This document shows positions 62,731-64,000 of a DNA stretch of 64,000 bases, piece after piece (within the stretch, counting starts at the first letter, position 1; each line of letters begins with the position of its first letter). The position numbers were made by a program, and so were the translations under genes. Under the pieces are notes generated by a model, which saw only the letters and a list, made by a program, of their open reading frames with translations, did not search any database and had not been told where the DNA came from. The stretch is taken from the NCBI GenBank assembly GCA_051313645.2, contig JBNRSN020000025.1:36518001-36582000 (forward strand). The letters are read 5' to 3'. Origin of the DNA: Centroscyllium fabricii. Its lineage: Eukaryota.

Positions 62731-62870
62731 AGTTCTGACGAAAGCTCATCGACCTGAAACGTTAACTCTGTTTCTCTCTCCACTGATGCTGCCTGGCCTG
62801 CTGAGTATTGCCAGCGTTTTCCTGTTGTTATTTCGGATTTCCAGCATCCACAGTATTTTGCTATCGTATT
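62731..62870 (+). mobile_element. Penelope pLTR fragment with hammerhead motif (62731-62767)
   Basis: AGTTCTGACGAAAGCTCATCGACCTGAAACGTTAACT; one C-C mismatch in stem II. Confidence 0.75.
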
Positions 62871-63009
62871 AGCGAGCGGTGATGGAGATGGTTGGCCAGT
62901 GTCCAATGATTGCCTTTCAGTTCTCCGGGATTCCCTGACCGTAGTGTCACTTGTCACGGCTGTACCAGTGATGAGAATGTGCTGAGTTCACACTCGCCGC
63001 CAGACTGTC

Positions 63010-63125
63010 AATTCAATTCAATTCAATTCGCTTTATTGGCATGAATGGTATCAACCGTTGTTGCCAAAGCATTACAAAAATGGTACATCAATAACAACAA
63101 TACAAACAAAATAAGTATAACATTT
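63010..63125 (-). mobile_element. RTEX-like LINE 3' tail
   Basis: (CAATT)n GCTTTATTGG...GTTGCCAAAGC, as at 6854-6910. Confidence 0.6.
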
Positions 63126-63199
63126 AACTGGACTTGGGAAAGCCCTTCTTGGTGATTCGCATGTTGGGCATCCGGATACATTTTTTTTTATTTTTTTTA

Positions 63200-63652
63200 A
63201 ATAATTGCCGGTCTTTCTTATATTCAGTACATTCTATTCACGGTATTTATATTTTGTACCCTGTATTCCCTGTATGACTTATATTTCGTACATTGTATTC
63301 CCTGTATGACCCCCAATCAGTACATTGTATTCCCTGTACAGTTTATATTCATTACATTGTATTCTCGGTACAGTTTATATTCATTACATTGTATTCCCGG
63401 TACATTGCCGGTCTTTCTTATATTCAGTACATTCTGTTCTTATGTTCAGATTGCCGGTCTTTCTTTTATTCAGTATATTGTATTGCCGGTCTTTCTTATA
63501 TTTCGTACATTGTATTGCCGGTATTTCTTATATTTCGTACATTGTATTGCCGGTCTTTCTTATATTCAGTACATTCTGTTCACGGTATTTCTTATATTTC
63601 GTACATTGTATTCCCTGTATGACTTATATTTCGTACATTGTATTCCCTGTCA
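63200..63652. repeat. AT-rich ~32-bp degenerate tandem repeat
   Basis: CATTGTATTGCCGGTCTTTCTTATATT units. Confidence 0.9.
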
Positions 63653-63765
63653 CACCCACATAAGACCCCCAGTGGATCTGGATGGTGGAAAGCAGTTTGA
63701 GAGTGTCCTGATTGTCTGTCTCGATACTTGTAAAATGTAAATTAGACACGCAGTCTGATTTAAAA

Positions 63766-63796
63766 AATAAATAAAAACCTGTTTCTGTTCTGTGTG
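63766..63796 (+). terminator. Putative polyadenylation signal of the LTBR-like gene
   Basis: First AATAAA I find after the stop codon (overlapping pair), followed by GT-rich GTTTCTGTTCTGTGTG; another AATAAA at ~63819. Confidence 0.55.
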
Positions 63797-64000
63797 AGGT
63801 GGAGTGGGGCAGCTAGTCAATAAAATATCAACGAGGTTTCAAACTTCAGAGCTCAGACATGGGACCACACATGGCCATATGGGAAGGCACTGACCGACTA
63901 GACACTGACTGGGCACAGGGTTTGAGCACTGACTAGGCACAGATCTCAGACCGATGGGAGAGAACTGACTGACTGTGCACAGGGTTTGTCTGGTAGGGTG

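Overview
Eukaryotic, repeat-rich vertebrate DNA, very probably from a cartilaginous fish (shark): it is dominated by HER1/CR1 LINEs, HE1-type tRNA SINEs, Deu-domain SINEs, L2, Rex1/Babar, Penelope and a decayed Gypsy LTR element. Three host loci can be assembled by hand from splice sites and reading phases. (1) A frameshifted ~13-finger C2H2 zinc-finger gene or pseudogene (minus, 4779-5989). (2) Head-to-head with it, a two-exon 140-aa secreted TSP1-like protein resembling THSD8 (6444-10768), with a possible amidation motif PRF-G-RR. (3) A ~40-kb TNF-receptor gene resembling LTBR/TNFRSF3 (22057-61794; signal peptide, 4 CRDs, Ser/Thr stalk, TM, TRAF-type tail) in which one cytoplasmic exon seems to be missing under a 2.3-kb polypyrimidine tract. 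Other points of note are Penelope-type minimal hammerhead ribozymes (one in sense orientation in the predicted receptor 3' UTR), a Penelope/CR1 chimeric insertion bounded by a 16-bp TSD, and a 5S-rRNA-headed SINE-like element with a Rex1/Babar-type tail. Gene names come from remembered motifs, not database searches. Repeat boundaries are approximate.
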